Shown here: positions 27,111-37,715 of the stretch, one piece after another
How the letters are laid out: each line of letters begins with the position of its first letter
Numbering within the stretch: the first letter of the stretch is position 1
Position numbers and translations under genes: made by a program
Notes under the pieces: generated by a model
Told to the model about the DNA's origin: nothing
Databases searched by the model: none
Seen by the model: only the letters and a program-made list of their open reading frames with translations
DNA from: a virus
Taxonomy: Duplodnaviria; Caudoviricetes
Length of the DNA: 64,000 nucleotides
Reading direction: 5' to 3' (one strand)
IMG/VR virus record: IMGVR_UViG_3300010352_001543

Positions 27111-29201
27111 TTATTTGTAAATGTTCTTTGGATTTATTGTTTTCTTTGGTTCTTTGCTTTCAAATTTGATTGTTTTTGGATTAATTGTTTCTTTTGGTTT
27201 ATTACTTTCAAATTTGATTGTTTCAGGATCGATGTCATCTTTCGGAGGAGTTTCCACTAATTCTACCGGTTCAATTGTATCTTTTGGTGAAGTTTCAGTC
27301 AACTCTACTGGATCAATTATTTCCTTGAATGGTGTGTTATCAAATTGTAATTGATCAATCGTATCTTTGACAGGTGTCACATCAAATTGTAATTGGTCAA
27401 TTGTATCTTTTGGAGGAGTTTCATTTAGTTGAATTGGATCAATCGTATCTTTGACAGGTGTCACATCAAATTGTAATTGGTCAATTGTATCTTTTGGAGG
27501 AGTCTCATCCAATTTAATAGGGTCAATTGTATCTTTAAATGGTGTTTCATCGAACTGAATTGGATCAATCGTATCTTTAACAGGTGTTATATCGAATTGT
27601 AGTTGATCAATTGTTTTCTTCGGTTCAGCCGATTCGAATTGGACCGGATCAATTGTTTTCTTTGGTTCGGTCCCATGTAAATTTACTTCAGTTATTTTTT
27701 TGTTTGGTTCGGTCATAGTCAATATCACCGGATCAATTGTTTCTTTAACCGGAGTAATTAGGAAATCCATTTTACCTAAAACTTTGTTGTCTATGTTTTC
27801 GATTATGCTTGTTGAGTAAGCATTCTTCCAGTTTTGATCAGCAGCTGTTTTTTCAACAACTTGTGATGTATCATAAATACTTTTCTGATCAATAGTTTTA
27901 ACCGGTCCGGTCGTATCATTTCCACCATACTGTAGAAAGCTATTTGCTGGATCAGCAAGTCTTGCTTCTTTCTCAGCTTTAGTGGCTGCCCATTCTTCAA
28001 ATGCCTCACCTTTTATAGTACTTGAAATATCTTTAAATTTATTGCTGTCATTATTGTAATCATGTAATGCTCTTTGTTCATTGATATAAGTATCTATATC
28101 TGTTTGGATGTCCTTACCAAGCGGACTCAACAGTACCGATAAATTTTTTCTGAATTCATTGTAGTTTTTTAGACCATCTTGAAGGGCACGCCCAGACTGA
28201 GGAATACCAAATTTTTCTGTACTGGTTAGTATCCATTCAAAAAATCCATATTGTTGAAATTCATCTACTTCTTCCACTTCAACCGAAAATGATTGAGCTA
28301 CCGGTTCACTTTGGGAACTATTACTTACCTTTCCAAAACCCTCGAATGATTCTTCAAAATCAAAAATACATTTAGGAAAAGTGAACTTGTAATATGTTAT
28401 GTAATCGTTTAAACTTTGAAGTTTGTACTGTGATTTTTCTTTTTCAACTGGTTGAGGGGCAATCACTGGTATTTCACTTGTCATAGGAGTAGAAACAGTT
28501 GCTGGTGAATTTTGTCCTGCTTTATAAATATCAGCGCTTGAGTGTTCATTAGCGAGCACTGATTGTACTACAGAAGAATTGGCCGATAAACTTGGTGGAG
28601 TGGTTGTTCCTATTATTTGTCTAATAGTATATAAATCTCTGAATTCAGCTACCGTTATTTCCATCTCAAATCTTCGTTTATCTATAGGTAAATTATATTT
28701 TAAGTATTTCCAGTCATAAACAGCTACTCGATACAAGTTAATCCAGAATGACATAATATTATCAAGTGACTCAAGAGTCTCAAATTTAATCTTATGATTT
28801 TTCAAACGATAAGGAACTCCTGATTCAGGAAACTTGAAAATTTCTTGAAGCCCGGAAACTGACTGGAAAAAATGAGGTCGATTAGTTTGGATATAATCAG
28901 TCATATTTCTAAATTCAGTTAGTGCTTCTGATTGCTTATAAAGATTTCTTCTTCTAAGAAAATTAATTGCTGATTCTATTTGATCAGTTCCTAATAAAAG
29001 TCCAAGTGGAATAGTTTCTGTTCCAGGGTAAGGAACTCCTTGCTCATTTCTAAGATGATCAGAAAATAGATTAAAATGTACGGAAAAACAATAGAATGTC
29101 GGTTCATCCAACATGTCGTTATGTGATTCTGAAAATTTAACCAAGTCCGAATTTGAAACACTTAGAAAATTTCTTATCTTACTATTAGGAGATTTAATCA
29201 T
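27111..29201 (-). CDS. probable baseplate/tail-tube-initiator-like protein with C-terminal repeats
   Basis: Between gp5-like and gp27-like genes; function inferred. Confidence 0.55.
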   Translation of the reverse strand: MIKSPNSKIRNFLSVSNSDLVKFSESHNDMLDEPTFYCFSVHFNLFSDHLRNEQGVPYPGTETIPLGLLLGTDQIESAINFLRRRNLYKQSEALTEFRNMTDYIQTNRPHFFQSVSGLQEIFKFPESGVPYRLKNHKIKFETLESLDNIMSFWINLYRVAVYDWKYLKYNLPIDKRRFEMEITVAEFRDLYTIRQIIGTTTPPSLSANSSVVQSVLANEHSSADIYKAGQNSPATVSTPMTSEIPVIAPQPVEKEKSQYKLQSLNDYITYYKFTFPKCIFDFEESFEGFGKVSNSSQSEPVAQSFSVEVEEVDEFQQYGFFEWILTSTEKFGIPQSGRALQDGLKNYNEFRKNLSVLLSPLGKDIQTDIDTYINEQRALHDYNNDSNKFKDISSTIKGEAFEEWAATKAEKEARLADPANSFLQYGGNDTTGPVKTIDQKSIYDTSQVVEKTAADQNWKNAYSTSIIENIDNKVLGKMDFLITPVKETIDPVILTMTEPNKKITEVNLHGTEPKKTIDPVQFESAEPKKTIDQLQFDITPVKDTIDPIQFDETPFKDTIDPIKLDETPPKDTIDQLQFDVTPVKDTIDPIQLNETPPKDTIDQLQFDVTPVKDTIDQLQFDNTPFKEIIDPVELTETSPKDTIEPVELVETPPKDDIDPETIKFESNKPKETINPKTIKFESKEPKKTINPKNIYK
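27125..27760 (-). repeat. 39-nt (13-aa) tandem repeat PxKDTIDxxQFDxT
   Basis: About 16 degenerate units visible in protein and DNA. Confidence 0.9.
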
Positions 29202-29215
29202 TATTGTTTTTATTT

Positions 29216-30616
29216 TTACTCAAAGTTTGGATGAGTCCATTCTCGTCTGCTTAGAACAACTTCTTGTTGAATTATATTATCTGAGGATGGTCGTAATGGA
29301 TCAATTGTGTTTTTATAAATTAAATTAATAGCCCTTATTATATAATTACCGGACAAAAATCTATCAACAGAGAAGCCTATATTTTTAGCGTCATCCGCTT
29401 TCCAACCGGATATATTAACACGTTGCTCATTGTTAATATTTACAATTATTATAGGAACCCGTTGGCCACTATAATAATTTAAATTTGTTCTTGACAACAA
29501 CGCTTTGAATTTTATCTTATTAATATTTTCGTTATTTATTCGGTTTTGATAAGCAGCTTCTTTATAGAACTCATGAATGTTATGATCCGGCAACAAATAG
29601 TTCCATCCTGACCATGTCTTCTTTATTTCGTTTTTATAAATGTCTTCATTTGGCCGACCTTTCAATGCTATCTTTTTCGTCTTGGAGTTAGTCACTGTTG
29701 ACTCAATATTAAAATTTACGTGCTTCTGTGTAGTGAAATCAAAAATATTTAAGTTCTTGATGTAACCGTCTTTCATTGCACTTGCTCCCGACTGGTTGAA
29801 CAGCTCATGTTTTTCTATGAAATTTCCACCGTTCTTTAGTTCCGGTAGATTAGATAGTATATTCTTGTTCTTAATATAGTCAATTTGTTCGGTAGCGATG
29901 GTGTCCTTAGTAAAAAGAGAGAAGTCAATACCGGTGGAAGTATCAGCAGAGTCTGCAATAGAAAACATTGAATTCATTTCTACAAAGTTTAAGTTGTAAT
30001 AATGGTCAAACCAAAAACTGAAAAAACTATACTCATTAGAATATGAATGGGACACTACTGATTTAATAAATTCTAAGTATGTTTGATTTGGACTAAGCCA
30101 GGTCATAGTATCTTTTAAATCAGTATCTGTAACATTGGTGACAAAACCAAGTCCTAAATCATTAGCAACTTCAATTAGCGTCTGTAGTGTATTCATCGAA
30201 GGAAATGCTTTGTTAAAACTTGCATAAAGCTTTGGTATCCACATTTCACCATAGACAGTAATACTCATAGTGTCTCCGGATGGTCCGGTACTCCTACTGG
30301 TAGTAACATGAGTAATTCTAAAATCGACCCTGACTGGTTTTAAATCCTTGACAAGTGAACGAATGAAAACAGAAAGCATATCTCCATCTTTAGGAAAATG
30401 CTTTGAAATGAAAACACCATCGTTAATATTAAAAGTACAATTCGCTTTTGGGAGAATGTCTTCATTATTGATTTCAAGGTACCTTATTTGCTTTTGGGAA
30501 ATAGAATAGCCATTGATTTCAATGACCGGGTATCTACTACCTCGTCCACCAACAATGTAACCAATCGTTTGGTCTTTCTTGGAATTGCTAATTATTTCTG
30601 AGCCATTATCTGCCAT
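29216..30616 (-). CDS. baseplate hub gp27-like protein
   Basis: Synteny; FWFD.YY.LNFV and FLSG.YII..I motifs. Confidence 0.6.
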   Translation of the reverse strand: MADNGSEIISNSKKDQTIGYIVGGRGSRYPVIEINGYSISQKQIRYLEINNEDILPKANCTFNINDGVFISKHFPKDGDMLSVFIRSLVKDLKPVRVDFRITHVTTSRSTGPSGDTMSITVYGEMWIPKLYASFNKAFPSMNTLQTLIEVANDLGLGFVTNVTDTDLKDTMTWLSPNQTYLEFIKSVVSHSYSNEYSFFSFWFDHYYNLNFVEMNSMFSIADSADTSTGIDFSLFTKDTIATEQIDYIKNKNILSNLPELKNGGNFIEKHELFNQSGASAMKDGYIKNLNIFDFTTQKHVNFNIESTVTNSKTKKIALKGRPNEDIYKNEIKKTWSGWNYLLPDHNIHEFYKEAAYQNRINNENINKIKFKALLSRTNLNYYSGQRVPIIIVNINNEQRVNISGWKADDAKNIGFSVDRFLSGNYIIRAINLIYKNTIDPLRPSSDNIIQQEVVLSRREWTHPNFE

Positions 30617-30820
30617 TTAATATCTTATAAATATATTTTTTGTAGAAACTTCTTGGAGAAAAATGGTTCTCCGTTATCTGTTTTAATTTCGGATAATGAT
30701 TTTACAAATTCTTTTCTTTCTTGTTTTCTTTTTGATTCATCTGCGTTCATTAATGATACTATTTTCGTGAATTCTGTTCTATTCATTTTTAATTCCTTTT
30801 AACGGTGTACATTTATTTTA

Positions 30821-31153
30821 TTAATTCTTAAAAAATTTTTGATTTTTCTTTATTTCTTGTTCTGTTAGCAAAGTTTGTTTAACTTCATTGGAACCTATAA
30901 TTTCTAATTTATAGATTTCCTCTGTGTTTGGATTTCCTAAATATTGTATGAACACTATTTTTTTATCTATCCATCCAAGAGCAGCAACATCTAAATTAAG
31001 ATGAAAATATTTGTTTAATGCTTTCTCTAAATCATCATTATTTTCATCTATTATAGATTGATAAATATTTTTATCTTTTATCGTCATTTCTGAATTTTTA
31101 TAAGGTATGTCTGACTCTAATAAAAATTCACTATATGTTTTTATATTTTTCAT
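30821..31153 (-). CDS. putative internal head protein
   Basis: MKNIKTYSEFLLES, close to T4 MKTYQEFIAE. Confidence 0.7.
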   Translation of the reverse strand: MKNIKTYSEFLLESDIPYKNSEMTIKDKNIYQSIIDENNDDLEKALNKYFHLNLDVAALGWIDKKIVFIQYLGNPNTEEIYKLEIIGSNEVKQTLLTEQEIKKNQKFFKN

Positions 31154-31575
31154 TAATGTAGCTCATTTATTTTATAAAGCGTGGTTGAAATAAGTTCAAC
31201 CATTTCATCTATAATTGTTTCTAAGTCTGTTTGATCGGTATAGCCAATTCTGTAATTACTTAAATCATCTTTTAGTTCGGTTAAATGCTCATTCATGTTT
31301 ATCGGTTCAGAAGAAGGAATAGTAATTTCTACTTTACCGAATGTGCCTTGATATGCTTCAGCAAATCTATCAGTTAGGTCAAGAATACCATCATAATATT
31401 CATTTAATGCTTTGTGTTCAGCATAGCTTTCAGTTGCTAAGTGATTTAGATGGGCAATGTCTCTGCTTTGAAAAAGTTTACCAATCATATAACCATCCAT
31501 ATTATCCTCTAAGAGACCTGAACCGATTTCTTCATTTAAGAAATCACCGAATTTTTTAACGTATATTTTTTTCAT
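31153..31575 (-). CDS. ferritin/Dps-like protein (DUF5856-like) with capsid-targeting N-terminus
   Basis: H..HL.T.SYAEHKAL..YY....D..D.FAEAYQG; KKFGDFLNEE. Confidence 0.78.
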   Translation of the reverse strand: MKKIYVKKFGDFLNEEIGSGLLEDNMDGYMIGKLFQSRDIAHLNHLATESYAEHKALNEYYDGILDLTDRFAEAYQGTFGKVEITIPSSEPINMNEHLTELKDDLSNYRIGYTDQTDLETIIDEMVELISTTLYKINELH

Positions 31576-31605
31576 TTTAAATAGTCTTATTTTATTATCT
31601 ATATA

Positions 31606-33249
31606 TTAAAGAAGCCGCTTTTTCTTATGCGCCGCCTCAATGTCTTCTTTTGCCAGATCAAATACTTTTTTAGTTACTTCAAATTCCTCTTGTCTGTAAA
31701 TAGCCAATCTCTGCTCACTGTGTTTAAAAATGAAATTCTTATATTTACTGAATCCTTTGATCCGGAAATCATCAATTAAGTCATATATAGTTACATCATC
31801 TTTATTTTCATCGAGTCTCATTCCTCGACCAATACCTTGTTTAATTATTTTCTCACTTTTATATGACTCGGCCAGTAAAATGTAATGCAGATTATTAACA
31901 TCTATGCCTGTACTAAAAACTCCAAAGGATGCTATAATAATTCTTATTTTGTCCCTTTGGTTTAATCTCAGTCTATACTCTTCTCTGAGTTCTTTAGAGA
32001 CCTCTCCACTAACATAAAGTATTTCGTATTTGTCAGTTGGAAGTTCTTGTTTCAGTTGTTCATATATTTCTTTTCCATACCGGCCGACCACATCTTGAAA
32101 AAGGACCATTGCATTTTTATCAAATGACTTTACTAAATTAATAATGAATTGTTTTCTTAAAGCATTAGTGGTAACAATTTTCTTTTCATACCTTAGGACT
32201 TTTCCGTTATCAACTTTCTTATCGAAAGTCAGCTCCATTAACTGTTCTTTGATATCTTCATCCAAATATTTTAAATATATTTGAACAATTTTTACATCAG
32301 AAGCAAAATTATTAGCTATTAATTCTTTTGGTTTGACACTGATGATTAGAGGGCCTAAATATGCTTGAAGAGTGAAAGAAGCTGCATCATTTTTTTCTAT
32401 TAAAGTCGTCCCAGAAAGACCACAACGAATAACTGCGTTATCGCACTTACTTAATATATCCTTAACTGATACGGTATCTACCCCATGACACTCATCCGCG
32501 CATACGACACTAACTCTGGACAATATTGAATTATCGAATGTTCTGAGTGTTTGAAATGTTCCAATAATAACATCTGAATTGTAATCTATAACATTTTCAC
32601 CACCACCTATAGTCTGAATACTGAAATCTAATTTTTTCTTGTAGTTAGAATACTTTAAAAACGCCTCGTATGTTTGAAGAACTAAACTGATGTTAGGAAC
32701 GATGACCAAAAACTGGCCTTTTAAATATCCTTTTGCTTTTAAAAATGCAAATAGGTTAAATAGTATCAGGGTCTTTCCGGCTGAAGTAGCAAGCTCTGCA
32801 ATTGAACGTTTCCACTTCAAGAAATTAACAACAGTATCCGTCTGATAATATCTAAGCTTCATTTCACTGTCTTTATAAAACTCTGTTTCCCATTCAATGT
32901 ATTCAGAAGGATCAAAATCTTTCAATCCCAAATAGTCGGATAGTCCGGTAACCACTAAATCGAAATCATATTTTTTACACATATTATAAAGTTCTTTCCA
33001 TAAACCTATGGAAAGACGATGTTTCCTATCATCAAAAAAAGTAATTGATCCATCCCATATACCCCGTTTGAATAGTGGGTGATATCTATATCCTTTCGCT
33101 TTTCTTTTAAAGTAAACTAATAATTGTTCTAATTCAGCTTCAGTAGAGGAAACAAGTTTCAAATTTTTAAAATCAGATGTTACTGTAAATTTCAATATTA
33201 CATTCCATTTATAATTTTTTGCATTTCGATTATGTGTTTTAAACTCCAT
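31606..33249 (-). CDS. uvsW: UvsW-like SF2 helicase
   Basis: WDG.I, ATSAGKT, DECH, GLSGT, STGID, Q.IGR.MR. Confidence 0.92.
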   Translation of the reverse strand: MEFKTHNRNAKNYKWNVILKFTVTSDFKNLKLVSSTEAELEQLLVYFKRKAKGYRYHPLFKRGIWDGSITFFDDRKHRLSIGLWKELYNMCKKYDFDLVVTGLSDYLGLKDFDPSEYIEWETEFYKDSEMKLRYYQTDTVVNFLKWKRSIAELATSAGKTLILFNLFAFLKAKGYLKGQFLVIVPNISLVLQTYEAFLKYSNYKKKLDFSIQTIGGGENVIDYNSDVIIGTFQTLRTFDNSILSRVSVVCADECHGVDTVSVKDILSKCDNAVIRCGLSGTTLIEKNDAASFTLQAYLGPLIISVKPKELIANNFASDVKIVQIYLKYLDEDIKEQLMELTFDKKVDNGKVLRYEKKIVTTNALRKQFIINLVKSFDKNAMVLFQDVVGRYGKEIYEQLKQELPTDKYEILYVSGEVSKELREEYRLRLNQRDKIRIIIASFGVFSTGIDVNNLHYILLAESYKSEKIIKQGIGRGMRLDENKDDVTIYDLIDDFRIKGFSKYKNFIFKHSEQRLAIYRQEEFEVTKKVFDLAKEDIEAAHKKKRLL

Positions 33250-33779
33250 AAAATATTATCAATGCCTTTTATGGTACCTTCTAAGTAATCTTTCTGGGCT
33301 ACCAATATGTCATTGATCTGTTTTAATTTTCCGGTTTTTGCGTTTAAACTAATATCGAAATCTATTTTATTTTTTAGGTATATTTGATTATCAGCTTTAC
33401 CTGTCTTCAATTTAATATACTCACTTTCTTTTTTACTGGAAGTCTTCTGTTCATTACCAGCAATAAGTTTTTGTATATTAAATTTTTCTTCTAATAATCG
33501 TTGACGGAGGCCATGACAAAGTACAGATACTTCAACAAATTCTTTGAAGTCTCTCATCTTTTTTCGGATGATGGATAGTTCCTCTTTTATATCATCTCTT
33601 CTGATTTGGAACTTTTCTGTTATTAATTCACATCCATCTTTTTTATCAGTCTCGGTTTCCGAATTTTTATCCAAAAGTTCCTTGCTTGATTCTGCTTTCA
33701 TATTAAACACTTTATCTACATTAAAATCCTCAGAAGATAGATTTTTTAGAAGATCTTTTTTCTTTTGTTCGGTTGGCAT
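33198..33779 (-). CDS. helical protein, possibly UvsY-like
   Basis: Adjacent to uvsW; helical; weak. Confidence 0.4.
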   Translation of the reverse strand: MPTEQKKKDLLKNLSSEDFNVDKVFNMKAESSKELLDKNSETETDKKDGCELITEKFQIRRDDIKEELSIIRKKMRDFKEFVEVSVLCHGLRQRLLEEKFNIQKLIAGNEQKTSSKKESEYIKLKTGKADNQIYLKNKIDFDISLNAKTGKLKQINDILVAQKDYLEGTIKGIDNILWSLKHIIEMQKIINGM

Positions 33780-33993
33780 TTTCTTTTCGTTGCTTTTGTA
33801 AATCTACATAAATTGTTTTATTTGTTTCGCAATCAGCTGCATATTTGACTTCGCCTACATCAAATAACTCTTCATCCATTAAAATATCTTCTAAATTATC
33901 TATAGTTGAATCAAATTTAAAGGCGTAGTGCTTGTATTCTCTGATCAACTGATCAGGAGGAACATCATATAGAGAGTATATCGAATTTGTCAT
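33730..33993 (-). CDS. hypothetical protein
   Basis: 87 aa overlapping both neighbours. Confidence 0.55.
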   Translation of the reverse strand: MTNSIYSLYDVPPDQLIREYKHYAFKFDSTIDNLEDILMDEELFDVGEVKYAADCETNKTIYVDLQKQRKENANRTKEKRSSKKSIF

Positions 33994-35200
33994 CAGAGAA
34001 ATAGTTATTTAATTTTTGTAGTTTGAAATTTTTATCCGCTTTCAAAATATCAGTTAAATCTTTAATATTTTTCTTTTTTCTTAGTAAGTATTCATGGTCT
34101 TCCAGAAACTTGGTCCAAAGAAAAATAGAATCACCTGCTTGTAATCGTTGTATTGAATTTTTAATACCGGTAGCATCATTATCCAAAAAATATCGTTTGT
34201 TCTCCAACATGATAGGTATTGATTTATTAGCTCCCATCATCGCCACTGAATTTGGAAAAAGTAAAGCATCCATGTTACCCTCGAATATGGTAACTGTCTT
34301 GGAAAAGTCAATATGATAAAGATTGAATATACTTGACAGTTTCATTAGAAGGTCTAATTCAGATTCCTTAGTTTTTTCCTCATCCATCTTGTAATCTAAT
34401 AAGTCAATATTTTTTTCAACCTTATTATGTAAATCAAATACTATTTCCATATCATCACATAAATCTTGAAATGTATGAATTATATACTTTCCATATTTTT
34501 TTATATTGACAGACTCTAAATTTCTAACTATATATGAAATCAGATGATTATCATCAGCTAAATTTAAAATATATATTTGTTTAAAATATTCATTGTATAG
34601 AAAATGATTGAATTTGGTTTGGTTCCGCTTTCTTAAATAATTTTCAATTGAGCTGCCTTTGGCTTCAACCAATTTTAATTTATTCTTAAAATCTTCCCGG
34701 TCAATAAAGTAAGGTTCGAATTTAGATAAACAAAGTTGATCCTCAAAATATTCCTCCATAAAAGTTCTAAGCCTTGAAATATTGCTTTCAACTATACTCA
34801 GATTATAAATGTCATTGGTTTCCAAATTTAGAAATTCCATCATGAACTTCTTTAAACCCATCACCGGTGTTCCACAATTGAAACACTTAAAATGCAAATC
34901 TTTGAAGAATATATTACCTCTCTTCTTATATGGATTCGTTTGAGAGTCTCCACAGAACGGGCAAGCAAAATTCAATCTTTTTTCAGATGGCTCAATTTGA
35001 GATTTAGGAGAGTTAGGCCCGAATATTTTATTGAGAATTTCTTGTAGCTTAGGTACAATAAAAGTTCTGATTAATTCTTTGACTTCTTCATCAGAAATTT
35101 CTTTAGCGGTTTTTATTCCACCGTCTGAGCTACCTTCAATATCCTTGATAGTATCTAATAAAAATATATCATCTAAATTAAACGTCATTTTCACCTTCAA
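33965..35200 (-). CDS. gp61: DNA primase (gp61-like)
   Basis: CPFCGDS...KKRG...CFNC; FEG.MD; DND.TG; KD..D. Confidence 0.9.
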   Translation of the reverse strand: MKVKMTFNLDDIFLLDTIKDIEGSSDGGIKTAKEISDEEVKELIRTFIVPKLQEILNKIFGPNSPKSQIEPSEKRLNFACPFCGDSQTNPYKKRGNIFFKDLHFKCFNCGTPVMGLKKFMMEFLNLETNDIYNLSIVESNISRLRTFMEEYFEDQLCLSKFEPYFIDREDFKNKLKLVEAKGSSIENYLRKRNQTKFNHFLYNEYFKQIYILNLADDNHLISYIVRNLESVNIKKYGKYIIHTFQDLCDDMEIVFDLHNKVEKNIDLLDYKMDEEKTKESELDLLMKLSSIFNLYHIDFSKTVTIFEGNMDALLFPNSVAMMGANKSIPIMLENKRYFLDNDATGIKNSIQRLQAGDSIFLWTKFLEDHEYLLRKKKNIKDLTDILKADKNFKLQKLNNYFSDDKFDILSI

Positions 35201-35201
35201 T

Positions 35202-35246
35202 TAAAAAATGGAGCGGTTCATTCCATTTAAGCATGAACCTACTCCA
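35202..35246 (-). terminator. intrinsic terminator after SSB gene
   Basis: TGGAGTAGGTTCAT/ATGAACCGCTCCA plus T6. Confidence 0.65.
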
Positions 35247-35271
35247 CTACATGTATAAGATTTTTTAAATA

Positions 35272-36390
35272 CTATAATTTGAAGAAGTCATCATCAATGA
35301 TATCGTCATCATCTTCATCCGATTCATACGATTCATCGTCATCTTCATCAACAATTGGAGCAGGAGCTGGTTTTGCTTTAGTCTTGGTTTTGACCGGTTC
35401 AGCTTTCGTAGTTTTCGTAGTTTTCTTTTCTGAAGTCAAGAATGTTTCCAACTCGTCATCTTCTTCCAACTCTTCAGTAATTGTCTTAGCAACAGTTGTT
35501 CTTGGTTTAGAAGCAGTTGTGGTTGAGTTACTATGACTGATGGTGTTTCCACCTCCGCTACTTTCGAATACTTCAGGAAATTTTCTTTTCAACTTGTCTA
35601 ATAGTTGATGGCTACTTAAATGTGAGGTAATCACATCAGCAACAAATTTATTAGTAGCAGCATCCCAAGGTTTGTACTGATGTACATCAATGTCCGGTGT
35701 ATTTTCTACTAAATAATCTTTAACTTCTTGTGGTTTGTTTTTGAATAGAACTTCTTTACCATCAATCATCAAACCTGGTAAAACTTTTGCAGAGAATTGT
35801 GATTTATCATAATTTGGAAACTGTCCGTCTTGTACTATTGTCAGATAAAACAAATAACCGTTAATGATATCGAATGGATTATGTTCTTCAATTTCAGGAT
35901 TAGAAGGTTTCATTATTTCATGAATCTTGTCATATATCTTTTTACCGAATTGATAAATCATAATTTTACCTTCAAGTTCAGGTTGTTGTTTATCTTTAAC
36001 AACTTGTACTAAAGCATAATAAACATCACGTCTTTTAAATTCTTTTGAAAGATGTTTGTCCGGAGCATAGTCTGAATTATATAGGCCGAAGAAGGCGTCT
36101 TGTAAAACAGAAGGTTCGTCTTTTGCAATTGTTGTTGGGCAAGCAATTGATCTTTGTTCATCGGTGTCTGCATTTTTTAGAAATACTTCATATTTCTTGA
36201 TCCAAAGACGAGAAGGATCTTTGTAGTAAGGTAAGAATTTTAGGACTGAAGTGTAATTTGTTACACCAGAACCTTTGAGGGATGGACGGTATATGTTGGT
36301 TGTTCTTTTTCCACCGTCTGCAACTAATAGTTGTTCTAAATCAAGACCACTATTGAAAGCGGTTGAGTCAAATAATGAATCTAAGTTCAT
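35272..36390 (-). CDS. gp32: single-stranded DNA-binding protein (gp32-like)
   Basis: KFLP, P..EGKI..Y.FGKKI, NPFD...G..F, PNYD.S.F; acidic tail. Confidence 0.9.
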   Translation of the reverse strand: MNLDSLFDSTAFNSGLDLEQLLVADGGKRTTNIYRPSLKGSGVTNYTSVLKFLPYYKDPSRLWIKKYEVFLKNADTDEQRSIACPTTIAKDEPSVLQDAFFGLYNSDYAPDKHLSKEFKRRDVYYALVQVVKDKQQPELEGKIMIYQFGKKIYDKIHEIMKPSNPEIEEHNPFDIINGYLFYLTIVQDGQFPNYDKSQFSAKVLPGLMIDGKEVLFKNKPQEVKDYLVENTPDIDVHQYKPWDAATNKFVADVITSHLSSHQLLDKLKRKFPEVFESSGGGNTISHSNSTTTASKPRTTVAKTITEELEEDDELETFLTSEKKTTKTTKAEPVKTKTKAKPAPAPIVDEDDDESYESDEDDDDIIDDDFFKL

Positions 36391-36576
36391 AATATAATTC
36401 CTTTTATTTTAAGATTTTGTAAATTGTTTGAGTTTTTCGTTTTAAATTTTGTGACACTATGGTCATTATTGTTAAGTTTGAATTGTTATCAATTTGTAAA
36501 CTTTCTATGTTATATTTTACTATTAAAAGAACTGTTTTTAAAGCAACTTTTGCTTATAATGTATATATTAGTTGCT

Positions 36577-37713
36577 TTATTTTAGGTAACGATAATCACC
36601 GACTATGTGACTCGGAAAATTGTTTTTTGTGTCGCTTTTATTTCTGAATTGTAACTGAAATTTTAAATGTTCTGTTAGTATTTCTATTGTAACCCTTTTG
36701 CCCTTTCCGGTCTTCCCACCATAATAAATTTTATATGATTGTATGTTAGCATACTCTCTCATTTTTTCTTCATCCATCTGATAAATAATAGCATGAGAAG
36801 GATTCAACCGGTGTGCCATAATATAATTATAACCAATACCGGACATTAAAAAATCTTCCATCTTAGTTTTATCATATTCTACGTTTTCATCAACACTTGC
36901 TAAATCATCATTGATAAAAGTTTCGAAATTTCTAAAAATAAAAACAAATTTATTAGTGTCAATACTGAAGAATTTTAGTAGATTTATAGTGTCTTTGTTT
37001 TTTTCGAACTCATCTATATTGAAAGGTATCTCACTTTGAAGAGCAGAAAATAATTTCTGTATTCCAGAATTAAACATAGCAGTGGTCTCACCAAACTTCA
37101 ATGATATGTTATGTTCCTTGTCTTCACATTTTATAACAATATCTGCTATCAAAGAACCTATGTTTTGTTCATTTTTTCCAATAATAATACTATCATCTTT
37201 TATTTGTATTGGCCTATTCGAATTTTTGTTTCCGGTTGCTATTATTTCAGATTTCATAAAATTTTCTAATCCTACTATATTAAGAATTCCAGCTATCATG
37301 TCCGGGTAGCATAACATATCCCATTCAATTTTCTGATTCCGAATACCGTTCAGATCATCAAATATAACTTTCTCGAAAACGTTTCCTTTGTTATATTTTC
37401 CTTTACCTTTTCGGGAGCCGTCACCGAATCTTATTATTATATTATTATAATGTAATTTTAATGATTTAGTAAATGTTGTTTTAGTACATCCTTTTAAAAA
37501 ATCATTGAATGTAGGAGTATCTAATTCTCTTATAATATTAACATTTTTTGGTTTTTCTTTATCTAAGGACAAAGGACGTTCACATTCAATGTCCTTGTAA
37601 TCCATCCAGTATTGAATACAATTCCAAATGAATTTAATATCTTTATTAATTTCTTCATTGTCTGAAAAATTATCTATTTGTGTAGTATTTAATGGTAAAT
37701 AATCAAATGCCAT
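36577..37713 (-). CDS. PD-(D/E)xK restriction-like nuclease
   Basis: G..FE...; IADIVI...NISLK. Confidence 0.6.
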   Translation of the reverse strand: MAFDYLPLNTTQIDNFSDNEEINKDIKFIWNCIQYWMDYKDIECERPLSLDKEKPKNVNIIRELDTPTFNDFLKGCTKTTFTKSLKLHYNNIIIRFGDGSRKGKGKYNKGNVFEKVIFDDLNGIRNQKIEWDMLCYPDMIAGILNIVGLENFMKSEIIATGNKNSNRPIQIKDDSIIIGKNEQNIGSLIADIVIKCEDKEHNISLKFGETTAMFNSGIQKLFSALQSEIPFNIDEFEKNKDTINLLKFFSIDTNKFVFIFRNFETFINDDLASVDENVEYDKTKMEDFLMSGIGYNYIMAHRLNPSHAIIYQMDEEKMREYANIQSYKIYYGGKTGKGKRVTIEILTEHLKFQLQFRNKSDTKNNFPSHIVGDYRYLK

Positions 37714-37715
37714 TT

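Noticed and set aside
27125-27760. CRISPR array or DGR in the 39-nt repeats
   Set aside because: In-frame coding repeats without unique spacers; no reverse transcriptase in the window
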